Translations under genes and position numbers: made by a program
In this document: positions 1 through 8,795 of the stretch, one piece after another
How the letters are laid out: every line of letters begins with the position of its first letter
How positions within the stretch are numbered: position 1 is the stretch's first letter
Origin: a virus
Virus record (IMG/VR): IMGVR_UViG_3300045942_000110
DNA: 64,000 nt
Reading direction: 5' to 3' (one strand)
The notes under the pieces: model-generated
The model's input: only the letters and a program-made list of their open reading frames with translations
What the model was told of the DNA's origin: nothing
The model's database searches: none

Positions 1-806
1 GGCCGGCGAACGGCTATCTCAGCCTGGACAACGTCGGCTGGTGGCCGAAGGAGTCGCCGGCGGTGTGGACGCAAATCGGAGCGGCAGGCTCGAGCGCGGA
101 GGTGCGTTTCGCCAGCACCAACTTCGGTACCGACCCCGGCTGGATCACCCAGTTCGGCTACCCGGCGTACTACGTCGACATGTTCGGGCTGATGCATTTC
201 CGAGGGCTGATCAAGAACAACGTCGCGCTGTCGACGGACAACACCCCGATGGTGGTGCTGCCGGCGAAGTGGAACGATCCGTTCGACGAGCATCTCGTGT
301 GCGCGGCCGACGACGGCTTCGGCTTCCTCGGGACCAACCGAGGCGCGAGCACGGCGGGTAACGGCTTCCTGCACTGGAAGGTCGGCTCCCCGCCCAGCGC
401 CGGCGCGTGGCACTCGATGGGCGGTGTGAGCGTCACCGGGCGCGCGGCGCTGGCGGGATCCACCTGGTTCGCGCCGAGCTGGGTGCGCAACGGCAACTGG
501 AACCTGCAGTACGGAGCCGACTTCCCGCCGTTCATGTGGACGGTGCGCGAGGACGGGCTCCGGATGCTTCGCGGGCTGGTGAAGGCGACGGTGAACAGCG
601 AGTTCACGACCCTGCCCCGCGAGTTCTGGGGCGCCGGCAAGATTCTGCTGCACACGGTGGCCACGGGCAGCCGGGCGCGATATGAGATCAAGGGGATCGA
701 CGGCGACAACAACTCCTCGAACAAGGGTCTGATCACGGCATCCTCTGGATGGACTCCGGACACCGGATGGCTCAGCTTTGAGGGTCAGAAGTTCCTGATC
801 AGCTGA
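1..806 (+). CDS. minor tail / receptor-binding-like protein, C-terminal fragment (gene starts upstream of window)
   Basis: Frame 3 is open from base 3 (PANGYLSLDNVGWW...) to the stop at 804-806. Gly/Trp/Asn-rich beta-type composition with two similar halves. Last gene before the lysis cassette. Confidence 0.6.
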   Translation, partial: PANGYLSLDNVGWWPKESPAVWTQIGAAGSSAEVRFASTNFGTDPGWITQFGYPAYYVDMFGLMHFRGLIKNNVALSTDNTPMVVLPAKWNDPFDEHLVCAADDGFGFLGTNRGASTAGNGFLHWKVGSPPSAGAWHSMGGVSVTGRAALAGSTWFAPSWVRNGNWNLQYGADFPPFMWTVREDGLRMLRGLVKATVNSEFTTLPREFWGAGKILLHTVATGSRARYEIKGIDGDNNSSNKGLITASSGWTPDTGWLSFEGQKFLIS

Positions 807-828
807 TCGGGAGAGAGAAAGGGAGCAC

Positions 829-1101
829 ATGGACGACACGCAGGAAGAGAAGGCTCGGGTCTACCTCGAGAACCTCTCCGACGACGACAAGGCAGTGCTG
901 AAGAGCTCGCTCGAGCGCTGGAAGGCCGAGGGAGTGGAGAAGCCGCTCATCCCGACCGACTACGACGTCGATGGGGACGGGAAGACCGATTCGTTCGGCC
1001 TGAACGACGCCGGAGAGCTGACGGTCATCTTCGGAGCGACCTACGACGACACCGTCGCGGTCTCCGAAGGCGACGAAGCGGTCGAAGGGACGGCTGACTG
1101 A
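829..1101 (+). CDS. hypothetical acidic protein
   Basis: ATG 829 follows a purine-rich gagagagaaagggag. Its stop overlaps the endolysin start (TGATG). Contains a DYDVDGDGKTD calcium-loop-like motif. Confidence 0.6.
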   Translation: MDDTQEEKARVYLENLSDDDKAVLKSSLERWKAEGVEKPLIPTDYDVDGDGKTDSFGLNDAGELTVIFGATYDDTVAVSEGDEAVEGTAD

Positions 1102-2165
1102 TGTCCTGGGAGTACATCGACGGCCAGCGGGTCGCTTCGGCGGTAGCCAGCGACTTCCGGGCCATGAACGAGGAGTTCAAGCGGGTCTTCCCGGGCGTCA
1201 GCCTGGTGATCGTGTCCGGAACGCGCACCACGGCGGAGCAGGAGCAGATCTTCCGCGCGCGGTACGTCACTGCGGGCGACGTGCGGGGCCGCCGGGTCTA
1301 TGACACGCGCATCTGGAACGGTGTGCGGTGGTACCGCGTCTCCAGCGCCGGCACGGTGGCGGTTCCGCGCACCTCGAACCACGAGGAGAACGGTCCGATC
1401 GGTCCTCGGGCCCTCGATCTGGCCGACACGGGCTCGGATGCCGGCATCAAGACCGCAGGGTCCACTCGAGGGCGCTGGTTCCGCCAGAACAGCCACCGGT
1501 GGAACTTCAACAACGTCGGTGACACGTTCGGGGAGGGCTGGCACAAGGAGTGGACCGGCAACGACCCTCACGGCGGCGTCGGAGTGGGCGGGAACCGCGC
1601 AGGCTACGCCGACGGGAGCGCTGAGCTGCGCAGCTTCCAGGAGAAGCTCATCCAGATGGGCCACAACCTCGGAGACTCCGGGGCGGACGCTCAGCTGGGC
1701 GAGAAGACGAAGGCGGCGACGAAGTTCGAGCAGGGCATGGCCGCGAAGAACGGCTACCCCGGCGGCGGGCTGACCGAAGACGGCATTCCGGGCGACAAGA
1801 CGAACGCCTACCTCGACTGGTGGCTGGCGGGCGGTCACGGCAAGCCGCAGACGGCTCCCTCGGGCGCAAAGCCGACGGACATCTGGGGCTGGAACTGGAA
1901 CGGCATCGCGGCGATGCTGCGCTGCACCGGACGCTACTCGGGCAACAACCAGCCCGGGCCGCAGATGATGAAGGCGTTCCAGCGGTTCCTGGGTGTGGCG
2001 GCCGACGGCGCGCCCGGCGCGGTGACGATCAAGGCGATGCAGCGGTGGCTGAACAACACCGGCCGCAACGCCGGCGCCGTCGACGGAGTCCCGGGCGGTC
2101 AGACGCACGAGGCGTTCAAGCGGGCCGAGGTGGAGAACTGGAACGCGTTCCCGAAGTGCCGCTAG
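1101..2165 (+). CDS. endolysin: VanY/peptidase M15-like domain plus two peptidoglycan-binding repeats
   Basis: N-terminal signatures SGTRTTAEQ, SNHEENGPIGPRALD and GEGWHKEW. C-terminal PG_binding_1-like repeats LRSFQEKLIQMGH... and MKAFQRFLGVAADG...IKAMQRWLN. Confidence 0.85.
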   Translation: MSWEYIDGQRVASAVASDFRAMNEEFKRVFPGVSLVIVSGTRTTAEQEQIFRARYVTAGDVRGRRVYDTRIWNGVRWYRVSSAGTVAVPRTSNHEENGPIGPRALDLADTGSDAGIKTAGSTRGRWFRQNSHRWNFNNVGDTFGEGWHKEWTGNDPHGGVGVGGNRAGYADGSAELRSFQEKLIQMGHNLGDSGADAQLGEKTKAATKFEQGMAAKNGYPGGGLTEDGIPGDKTNAYLDWWLAGGHGKPQTAPSGAKPTDIWGWNWNGIAAMLRCTGRYSGNNQPGPQMMKAFQRFLGVAADGAPGAVTIKAMQRWLNNTGRNAGAVDGVPGGQTHEAFKRAEVENWNAFPKCR

Positions 2166-2200
2166 GCTGATTGCGGGTAGCTACCGGGACACACGGTAGG

Positions 2201-2238
2201 ACGAGGGCCTCGGAGAGTCATTCCTCCGGGGCCTTCGT
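2201..2238 (+). terminator. stem-loop after endolysin gene
   Basis: 14-bp stem acgagggcctcgga / tccggggccttcgt (two G-U pairs) with a 10-nt loop. Only a weak T tract follows. Confidence 0.5.
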
Positions 2239-2320
2239 CTATCCTGAGCGGAGGGAAAGCGGAGAGAACGACGTCGCTGGCGGTTGGGCCGGATGTCACC
2301 ACGAAAGGTGACGGCACGAC

Positions 2321-2866
2321 ATGAACTTGCTGACGGAGATGGTTCTCGCAGCCGTCGTTCGACTATCGGAGACGGGTGGCGGGAGCCCGCTGGCACCCTC
2401 TCTGGTCATCGACCTTCTCGACCTGCAGTGGTGGCAGCTGCTCCTCGGCATCACGGCGGCAGCGGGCCTGAGCCCGGCGCCCTGGCTTCTCGGGCTGGCG
2501 CGCAACAAGATCCAGTTCACCGGGCCGGCGGATGCCGCGCATCAGAAGCAGCTGGCCGAGGCCGAGGAGGCACACGATCGTGAACTCGCCGCACGAGACG
2601 CCGCCTCAGATCGCGAGCGTCAAGCCCTCATCGCATATCACGCCACCCTGGATGCTGCAAAGGATCAGCGGTACGCTGACCTCGAAGTTGCCAACCAGCG
2701 CAACATCGAGGCGGCAGAGGCTCAGCGTGTCAGGGCGGACACCGTCACCGAGGCTCTCACCGAATCCAGTCAGGCCCTGAAGATGACGAGCCACATCCTG
2801 CAGGAGCTCAAGCGCAGTGCAGAGGAGGTGACTCCCAGTGACGGACAACCCGAGCTCACGCAGTGA
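2321..2866 (+). CDS. membrane-anchored coiled-coil protein (lysis-cassette associated)
   Basis: One hydrophobic segment (WWQLLLGITAAAGLSPAPWLLGLA) followed by a long charged helical region. Lies between the endolysin and the holin-like genes. Confidence 0.6.
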   Translation: MNLLTEMVLAAVVRLSETGGGSPLAPSLVIDLLDLQWWQLLLGITAAAGLSPAPWLLGLARNKIQFTGPADAAHQKQLAEAEEAHDRELAARDAASDRERQALIAYHATLDAAKDQRYADLEVANQRNIEAAEAQRVRADTVTEALTESSQALKMTSHILQELKRSAEEVTPSDGQPELTQ

Positions 2867-3179
2867 ACGGCGTCGCGCCGAGATCGAAGCTCAGGGCCAC
2901 AGTGTTCAGCCCGAGGACGTTGCTGCTCGAGCGCGATTGGCGACAGCCACAGCGCATCTTGACGACGACTGGGACGAGACCGAGACCACGGCGAAGCGCC
3001 ATGCCAGAAACGCAGCCGAGACCCTCGAAACCGCAGAGCACGACACCGCTGTCAGCGCGGCTGCAGTAAACGACTGGCGCTCGACCCTAGGGTTCTTCCG
3101 AGACTTGTACGACAAGAACGGTTTCGGGGAGGACATCATGAAGATCTGGCGAGGTACACCACGACGGAGAGCGTCATGA
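2838..3179 (+). CDS. hypothetical protein
   Basis: GTG start overlapping the previous gene by 29 nt. Acidic, helical composition. No family recognised. Confidence 0.45.
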   Translation: MTDNPSSRSERRRAEIEAQGHSVQPEDVAARARLATATAHLDDDWDETETTAKRHARNAAETLETAEHDTAVSAAAVNDWRSTLGFFRDLYDKNGFGEDIMKIWRGTPRRRAS

Positions 3180-3649
3180 GCATGCTTTCGGGACTGCCCG
3201 AGAACTGGCTCGATCATCTGCTGCCGAGCGACTGGGGGCTGGCCGTTTTCGCCGCTCTGGTGCTCGTGTTCATCGTGGATTACGGCGTCTTCTCGCCGTG
3301 GTGGCGGCATCCGATCGGCTACGTCGTGTTGATGTACTCGATCAGCGTTGCGCTGCTGGTTTTCCTGATCCTCTGGGCGACAGCCACGGGCGCTCGCATC
3401 GACGAGTGGGCCCGGCAGCTGGTCGTGATCCTGCTGATCCTTGGAATCGTAGGGAAGATGGTGATCCTTCACGTCTCCCGTTACCAGGGGATGATCGAGC
3501 GACGTAAGGAGCGCGCGAAGGCGCATTACGACGCGGTACGGCATTCGACAGGGCGGTCGCATCAGCTCATCACGGGCCCGAACCCTCTCGTGAGAGAACC
3601 GTCCGAGCGTCATCGCGGCGCCGGCAACGACAAGGAAGGTGACCTCTGA
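3176..3649 (+). CDS. membrane protein (about 3 TM helices)
   Basis: ATGA overlap with the upstream stop. Hydrophobic helices WGLAVFAALVLVFIV, IGYVVLMYSISVALLVFLILW and LVVILLILGIVGKMVIL. Confidence 0.7.
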   Translation: MSMLSGLPENWLDHLLPSDWGLAVFAALVLVFIVDYGVFSPWWRHPIGYVVLMYSISVALLVFLILWATATGARIDEWARQLVVILLILGIVGKMVILHVSRYQGMIERRKERAKAHYDAVRHSTGRSHQLITGPNPLVREPSERHRGAGNDKEGDL

Positions 3650-4212
3650 TGGTCCTCAACAAGTACAGCGCCGGGCTGCTCACGCTGCTCGGCACCGTCG
3701 TCTTCGCGCTGCAGACGGCGTACTCCGACGGGATCATCTCGTCGAAGGAAGCCTGGGAGATTGGCGGCCTGTTCGCCGGCACCGTGGCGACGATCTTCGT
3801 GCCCCTGCTGAAGGGCAACTGGGCCTCGAGCCTGAAGATCGGGTCGGCGATCGCTCTCGCGCTCATCGGTGTGGTCCTCGGGCAGGTCACCACGGGCGGC
3901 GGATGGTCGGATTCAACCACGATGACCCTGATCTTCGCCGGTGTGAACGCGCTGCTCGCTCAGTTGGGCATCTACATGCGCCTCGACGACGTGAAGCAGG
4001 CCCTGGCGGACGTGACGAAGCCCGTGACGGCCGTAGAGGCCCTCGATGCACCCGCGGTGGCCGTGGCAGTGGCTCAGAACGCCGAAATCAACCACGTGGC
4101 CGACGAGATCATCCAGGGACGCCTCGGAAACGACGCTCTGGTCGATGCGACGCCGATCTACGCCCAGGTGGAAGACACGCACGACGAGCGGGACAAGAAC
4201 ACGACCGATTAA
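3649..4212 (+). CDS. holin-like membrane protein (4 TM helices)
   Basis: TGATG coupling to the previous gene. Four hydrophobic helices followed by an acidic tail. Last gene of the lysis cassette. Confidence 0.6.
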   Translation: MVLNKYSAGLLTLLGTVVFALQTAYSDGIISSKEAWEIGGLFAGTVATIFVPLLKGNWASSLKIGSAIALALIGVVLGQVTTGGGWSDSTTMTLIFAGVNALLAQLGIYMRLDDVKQALADVTKPVTAVEALDAPAVAVAVAQNAEINHVADEIIQGRLGNDALVDATPIYAQVEDTHDERDKNTTD

Positions 4213-4257
4213 GCTCGGATCGTGGTCCCGATGGCCACGCAGGTCCCCATGACCTGA

Positions 4258-4290
4258 GAGACCCCGTGTTCCTAGCCGGCACGGGGTCTC
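4258..4290. terminator. bidirectional stem-loop between convergent genes
   Basis: Perfect 11-bp stem gagaccccgtg / cacggggtctc with an 11-nt loop, followed by T-rich tcgtcgtttct. Confidence 0.7.
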
Positions 4291-4309
4291 TCGTCGTTTC
4301 TGGGGGCCC

Positions 4310-4492
4310 TCAGGCGTCGGGAACGTCCGGATGGAACACCAGACGTCCGAAACGTGCCACAGCGGCGCTCCCGCGGCCGCCGGGGACGAACATCGAGGCG
4401 GGAACGTACTCGACGCGGCCACAACGGCCGAGAGTGTCGATGCCGCGGTTCGGATCGTGCGGATCCACGATGAAATTGGACTCAGCGCTCAT
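4310..4492 (-). CDS. hypothetical protein
   Basis: ATG at 4492 overlaps the upstream gene by 11 nt. The longer track ORF (up to 4759) collides with a better-supported frame. Confidence 0.45.
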   Translation of the reverse strand: MSAESNFIVDPHDPNRGIDTLGRCGRVEYVPASMFVPGGRGSAAVARFGRLVFHPDVPDA

Positions 4493-4919
4493 CGGTCGGC
4501 TTGTACTCGAGGGTGGAGTCGTCCCAGCTGACAATGCGGTGAGTCGCGGGCATCCCACGACCGCAGTTGTTGCAGACGGCGAAGTCCAGGTCATAGCAGG
4601 CCGAGCAGGACACAAGAGCCTTGCCGGGCTCGTTGTTGAAGCCACCAACAATGATCGTTTTGGTTGGCTCGACAAGAGGGGGCACGAGAGCGTAGTCGCG
4701 CTGGTGAGCAGGCAGCGGCGCCATGAACGCGCGGCCGAACTCGGTGAAGGCGGCTCCAACCTCCTGAGCCCACTTCCCGAGGGTCTCGGCGAGGATCTTG
4801 GACACCTCAGCGAAGAGGGACATCATCCGCTCCGGGTCCTGCATCAGCTCGCGTTGCAGTCGACGGGCCTTGCGGATAGCGCGACCCTCGTGGCGGCGCT
4901 TGGATGCGCGAGCGCTCAC
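4482..4919 (-). CDS. hypothetical protein with C-terminal Cys cluster
   Basis: GTG at 4919 in a GTGA overlap with the upstream stop. Basic N-terminus. C-terminal CSACYDLDFAVCNNC (CxxC...CxxC). Confidence 0.6.
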   Translation of the reverse strand: MSARASKRRHEGRAIRKARRLQRELMQDPERMMSLFAEVSKILAETLGKWAQEVGAAFTEFGRAFMAPLPAHQRDYALVPPLVEPTKTIIVGGFNNEPGKALVSCSACYDLDFAVCNNCGRGMPATHRIVSWDDSTLEYKPTDER

Positions 4920-5233
4920 TCGAACCACGTCCCTTCCGTCGCCATCGCCAGAATCTCGCGGGCGGAGAGGCCGTTCTTGTCGATCTGCACGGCGACGTCG
5001 GAGGTGCACGCGGCGCAGGTCGACAGGCCGATGATCGTGGTGATCGCCGGGCGGATGTCTCCACGGCCGTCAGGGCCGAGGTAGTGCAGGACGCAGTAGT
5101 TGGCGCCGCGGGGGTCGGGAGTGGGCATGAAGTGCCGGCGGATGAAGCCGCGAGCTCTGACCTGCTCCTGTTCCTCGAGGCGATTCCGGATGTCGCCGAT
5201 GTCGGCGGTGAAGGGTTCTGACTTGGCGGTCAC
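4916..5233 (-). CDS. hypothetical protein (first gene of reverse-strand cassette)
   Basis: GTG at 5233 with GGAG 5 nt upstream. Alternative starts at 5248 and 5299. Confidence 0.55.
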   Translation of the reverse strand: MTAKSEPFTADIGDIRNRLEEQEQVRARGFIRRHFMPTPDPRGANYCVLHYLGPDGRGDIRPAITTIIGLSTCAACTSDVAVQIDKNGLSAREILAMATEGTWFE

Positions 5234-5290
5234 GGTGACTCCGATCACGGGAGGACGGGTGGACGCGCGCGGCCTGTGCAGGAAGCGGGC

Positions 5291-5310
5291 GTGATACACT
5301 TGTACTACAG
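5291..5310 (+). promoter_or_regulatory. class-1 promoter-like motif, copy A
   Basis: gtgatacacttgtactacag: TGnTACAnT extended -10-like element plus GTAnTAC core, 39 nt before ATG 5349. The opposite strand carries TTGACT. Confidence 0.6.
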
Positions 5311-5348
5311 GGCGACGCGAGAGTCAAGCCCCGAGGGATGGAGACCTC

Positions 5349-5762
5349 ATGAGCAAGATGACGACGGACGAGCGTACGCCGATCCGCGAGCCGTTCGCGA
5401 ACGGGTCGATCGTGGTGCTCGGCGACGGCCTGGTGACGTACCGACGCAGCATCGACGCCTACAAGCAGCACGCCTGGCAGGCTGTTTACCGGTCGCCGTC
5501 TGGTGGCTCGCCACGGATCGTGACGCTGCACAACATCGAGACCTGGGACGTCGTCCTGGCCGAGGACATCAAGAGCGGTCGGGCGACGCTGGTGTCGCGC
5601 GGCGACGCTGGCTGCGCCCAGCCGACCGGCTACTTGCGTCACGAGAACAGCAACGTGCTGGAGCCCAGCGAGTGGTGCATGCTGGACCGCGAGTATGACG
5701 ATGACCTCTGCGCCGTGCACCATCGCGAGCGCCTCGAGCAGCTGCACGCAGAGACGGTCTGA
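5349..5762 (+). CDS. hypothetical protein
   Basis: ATG preceded by gagggatggag. First + strand gene after motif A. Confidence 0.7.
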   Translation: MSKMTTDERTPIREPFANGSIVVLGDGLVTYRRSIDAYKQHAWQAVYRSPSGGSPRIVTLHNIETWDVVLAEDIKSGRATLVSRGDAGCAQPTGYLRHENSNVLEPSEWCMLDREYDDDLCAVHHRERLEQLHAETV

Positions 5763-6013
5763 TGTTCCTCCGAGGACGATTCTTCATCCGACGGCCGAGC
5801 GGCTACATGTCGCCGTATCCGATCCAGATGTTCTACGGTTCGTGGAGAGCTGACACCTACTTCCGCGCGAAGTATCCGACGGGCAAGCCGGCGTCGACGC
5901 CGTACGTCTGGCTCTTCGGGCAGTATCGACGGGTGCCGGCCTGGATCATGCACACGGTCTTCCGGCCGTTCAACACGTACCGCGCGACTCAGCGCGGAGA
6001 GAGGTTCTGCTGA
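5762..6013 (+). CDS. hypothetical basic, aromatic-rich protein
   Basis: TGATG coupling at both ends. Unusual R/F/Y/W-rich composition. Confidence 0.55.
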   Translation: MFLRGRFFIRRPSGYMSPYPIQMFYGSWRADTYFRAKYPTGKPASTPYVWLFGQYRRVPAWIMHTVFRPFNTYRATQRGERFC

Positions 6014-6174
6014 TGACTCATCAGGTCCGATACGGCATCGAAGTCGCAGGTGATGCGATGGGCGGGAGCCGTACCAACATCATCTCGTGCACCGAGGAGG
6101 AAGCCCGCGCGCACCAGAATGACGGCTGGTCGCGTGGCGTGAAGATCACCGTCGAAGACGTGGGACAGAACTGA
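6013..6174 (+). CDS. hypothetical small protein (53 aa, below ORF-track cutoff)
   Basis: My translation is MTHQVRYGIEVAGDAMGGSRTNIISCTEEEARAHQNDGWSRGVKITVEDVGQN. It exactly fills the gap, with TGATG overlaps on both sides. Confidence 0.55.
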   Translation: MTHQVRYGIEVAGDAMGGSRTNIISCTEEEARAHQNDGWSRGVKITVEDVGQN

Positions 6175-8201
6175 TGGCCGGTGGCGTACAGAACGACGGC
6201 AACAAGCCGAAAGGACCCGTCACCTGGGTCATGAACGACGAGGACTTCGAGAACCTCCTCGAGGCAATCCGCGTGTGCCAGGAGTCGGTCATCGACCTCG
6301 AGACCACCGGGCTGGTCGAATACGCGTGGACCGACGGTCCGACGAACGGCGGCGTGGCCGCGCGCGTGGCGCTGGCAGCGCTGACGCTCCCCGAGGCCAC
6401 GCACCCGATGGGCGACCAGTGGAACGGCGTCGAGCCGACGACATGGGTCCTGCCGTTGTCGCACCCTGACAGCCCGTTCGTGGGCGAGTGGCGTCAGCGT
6501 CTGCGAGATGTGATGCTCGCGCACGTCGAGACTTCTCGGCCGATCAGCAACGTGAACGTGAAGTTCGACGCCCGCTGGTGGTTTCGTCACACCAAGGTCG
6601 ACGTCACGCACCTGATCGCGTGGGATCCGCAGGTGTCGGGCCACGTGATGGACGAGCTGCAGCCTCGCAAGCTGAAGGACCGCGCGCCGCTGGTCTTTGG
6701 GATCGACCGCTGGGACGACGTGGAGTTCACTTCCCCGGGCGCCGCTGAGCGAGCGCCACTGATCGACCTGGGCTCGTACGCAGCGCGCGACACCTACTGG
6801 ACGTGGGCGCTGAAGGTGCACGACCTGCACGAGCTGTACCTCGACGGCCGCATCGAAGACGGCGACGAGCCCGTGTTCGCGGAGGAGGTCCAGAACGCGC
6901 GGTTCGGCAAGCTCTGCACGTGGGTGTCGATGCCGTCGGTGGCGGCGCTCACGGGCATCGAGCAGCGCGGCATCCGTCTTGACCTCGAGTGGGTGAAGGA
7001 GCGCTCCGAGCTGGAGTACGAGACCTACCGGCGCAACATGGACTGGATGATCGAGGTCACCGGGATGCCGCCTCGAGGCGAGTCGATCCACGCGACGGCG
7101 AACTGGTTCAAGAAGATGATGGGCGTCGTCGTCGACAAGAAGCTGATGCACGTCGCGGCGATGACGGAGGGTGGATCACCTCAGTGGAACAAGAACGTGG
7201 TGATCCGTCAGCAGCGGCAGTGGGACGGCCCTGACGAGACGAACTTCCCGATGCACTTGCTCGAGGCTCGGCAGGCGGACAAGCGGCTGAGCTACCTGCG
7301 AGCGTGGCAGCACCTGGCGACGCGTGACGGCTTCATCCACGCGAAGTACAACGTCGGCTCGGTGGTGACCGGGCGCCTGTCGTCGTCGGATCCGAACATG
7401 CAGCAGGTGACGAAGAAGCTCCGGCCGGCGTTCATCCCTCGGGACGGCTTCGTGATCGGCGCTCTCGACTACAGCCAGCTGGAACTGCGCATCGCGGCGT
7501 TCATCTCCCGCAGCGCTCCGATGATCCAGGCGTACCTCGACGGCAAGGATCTGCACCGGATGCTGGCGGCCAAGATCAACGGCATCACCGAGGACGAGGT
7601 CACTGCGGAGCTGCGCACGCAGGCGAAGGCCGGCAACTTCGGGCTGCTGTACATGATGGGCGCCAAGGGCTTCCGCGAGTACGCGGAGAACACGTACGGC
7701 GTCGTGTTGACCGACAAGGAGGCCGTGGCGGTGTACCGCGCGTTCTTCGACCAGTGGACGGGGATGCACGAGTGGCACCTCGAGACCATGAGCAAGGTCG
7801 CACGGGACGGCTACATCACCAGCCCGATCGGGCGCGTGCGCCGGCTGCCGGGCATCTGGTCCAACGACGATCGCATGGTCGCGTTCGCACAGCGCGCGGG
7901 GGTGAACAGCCCCGTGCAGGGCTTCGGCGCCGACCTGATGAACATGGGCCTGGCATCCGCTGCGGGTCTGCTCCCGGGCACGACGAAGGTGAAGGGCGCC
8001 TACGCGGTCAACACCGTGCACGACGAGGGCACGTTTGAGATCGACGAGCGGTACTGGCAGGAGATCGTGCCGGAGCTGCAGGAGCGCATGACGAACCTCA
8101 ACCCGTTCCTGAAGAAGATGGGCTGCGAGCTGGACGTCCCGCTGGTCGTGGACGCGACTATCGGCACACGCTGGGCTCTGTCGGACGTGGGTGAGATGTG
8201 A
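6174..8201 (+). CDS. polA: DNA polymerase I (family A) with 3'-5' exonuclease domain
   Basis: DLETTGL exonuclease motif. LDYSQLELR (motif A), KAGNFGLLYMMG (motif B) and VHDEG (motif C). Confidence 0.95.
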   Translation: MAGGVQNDGNKPKGPVTWVMNDEDFENLLEAIRVCQESVIDLETTGLVEYAWTDGPTNGGVAARVALAALTLPEATHPMGDQWNGVEPTTWVLPLSHPDSPFVGEWRQRLRDVMLAHVETSRPISNVNVKFDARWWFRHTKVDVTHLIAWDPQVSGHVMDELQPRKLKDRAPLVFGIDRWDDVEFTSPGAAERAPLIDLGSYAARDTYWTWALKVHDLHELYLDGRIEDGDEPVFAEEVQNARFGKLCTWVSMPSVAALTGIEQRGIRLDLEWVKERSELEYETYRRNMDWMIEVTGMPPRGESIHATANWFKKMMGVVVDKKLMHVAAMTEGGSPQWNKNVVIRQQRQWDGPDETNFPMHLLEARQADKRLSYLRAWQHLATRDGFIHAKYNVGSVVTGRLSSSDPNMQQVTKKLRPAFIPRDGFVIGALDYSQLELRIAAFISRSAPMIQAYLDGKDLHRMLAAKINGITEDEVTAELRTQAKAGNFGLLYMMGAKGFREYAENTYGVVLTDKEAVAVYRAFFDQWTGMHEWHLETMSKVARDGYITSPIGRVRRLPGIWSNDDRMVAFAQRAGVNSPVQGFGADLMNMGLASAAGLLPGTTKVKGAYAVNTVHDEGTFEIDERYWQEIVPELQERMTNLNPFLKKMGCELDVPLVVDATIGTRWALSDVGEM

Positions 8202-8248
8202 GGCGCGCAGAAGCGCTCACAGGCGATCTGAGGTGAGGACGGCGAGCC

Positions 8249-8293
8249 GTGATACTCCGGTAGCTCGGATTCATTTACACTGGGTACAGACCA
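8249..8293 (+). promoter_or_regulatory. two degenerate class-1 motif copies
   Basis: gtgatactccggtagctcgg followed by tttacactgggtacagacc, about 25 nt before the strong SD aaggaaggagg of gene 8316. Confidence 0.4.
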
Positions 8294-8315
8294 ACGGGGA
8301 AAGGAAGGAGGAAGA

Positions 8316-8711
8316 ATGTCGGATTCGACGAAGACGGGGCAGGTGAGTGCCGTCGCAAAGACCAAGCCGCATTCGATTCGTACGACGGAGAGCCTCTGGC
8401 TTTCCGCGAAACGACGGGCTGACGGCGAGGGCTACAAGATCAACTTCGTGGTGATCGAGCTGCTGGAGGGCTACGCCGCAGGCGCGCTCAAGCTGCCGAC
8501 GCCGCAGAAGGTCGGCGACTCGACGGCGAAGCGCGTGCCGGGCCACTCGGTGCGTTCCACGGACGCGCTCTGGAACAGTGCACGGCGCCGCGCAGCGGGC
8601 GACGGCCTGAACATGAACGACGTCATCACGGCGATCCTGGGCGGCTACAGTCGAGGACTGTTGGACCTGCCCAAGGTCACGAAGACGTTCGCAACCCCCA
8701 AGGCGGTGTGA
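8316..8711 (+). CDS. tandem ribbon-helix-helix (RHH) DNA-binding protein
   Basis: Two internal repeats, HSIRTTESLWLSAKRRADGEGYKINFVVIELLEGY and HSVRSTDALWNSARRRAAGDGLNMNDVITAILGGY, each with a beta-strand/helix/helix pattern. Confidence 0.7.
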   Translation: MSDSTKTGQVSAVAKTKPHSIRTTESLWLSAKRRADGEGYKINFVVIELLEGYAAGALKLPTPQKVGDSTAKRVPGHSVRSTDALWNSARRRAAGDGLNMNDVITAILGGYSRGLLDLPKVTKTFATPKAV

Positions 8712-8745
8712 CCCGGAATCCGGGTTACACCAGCCCCAAAAAAGA

Positions 8746-8782
8746 AGCAGTGCCCCTGGTTGACGGGACCAGGGGCACTGCT
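8746..8782 (+). terminator. strong stem-loop terminator
   Basis: 15-bp perfect stem agcagtgcccctggt / accaggggcactgct with a 7-nt loop, preceded by an A-rich run. Confidence 0.75.
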
Positions 8783-8795
8783 GCGAGATGAAGCT

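Noticed and set aside
4493-4759. Upstream extension of reverse ORF 4310-4759
   Set aside because: It overlaps the better-supported frame 4482-4919 out of frame and is Ser/Thr/Pro/Leu-rich. Only the 3' 183 nt from ATG 4492 are retained.
8760-8795. TTG start at 8760 for the primase-helicase gene (as in the ORF track)
   Set aside because: These codons lie inside the 15-bp terminator hairpin 8746-8782. The ATG at 8796 follows it.
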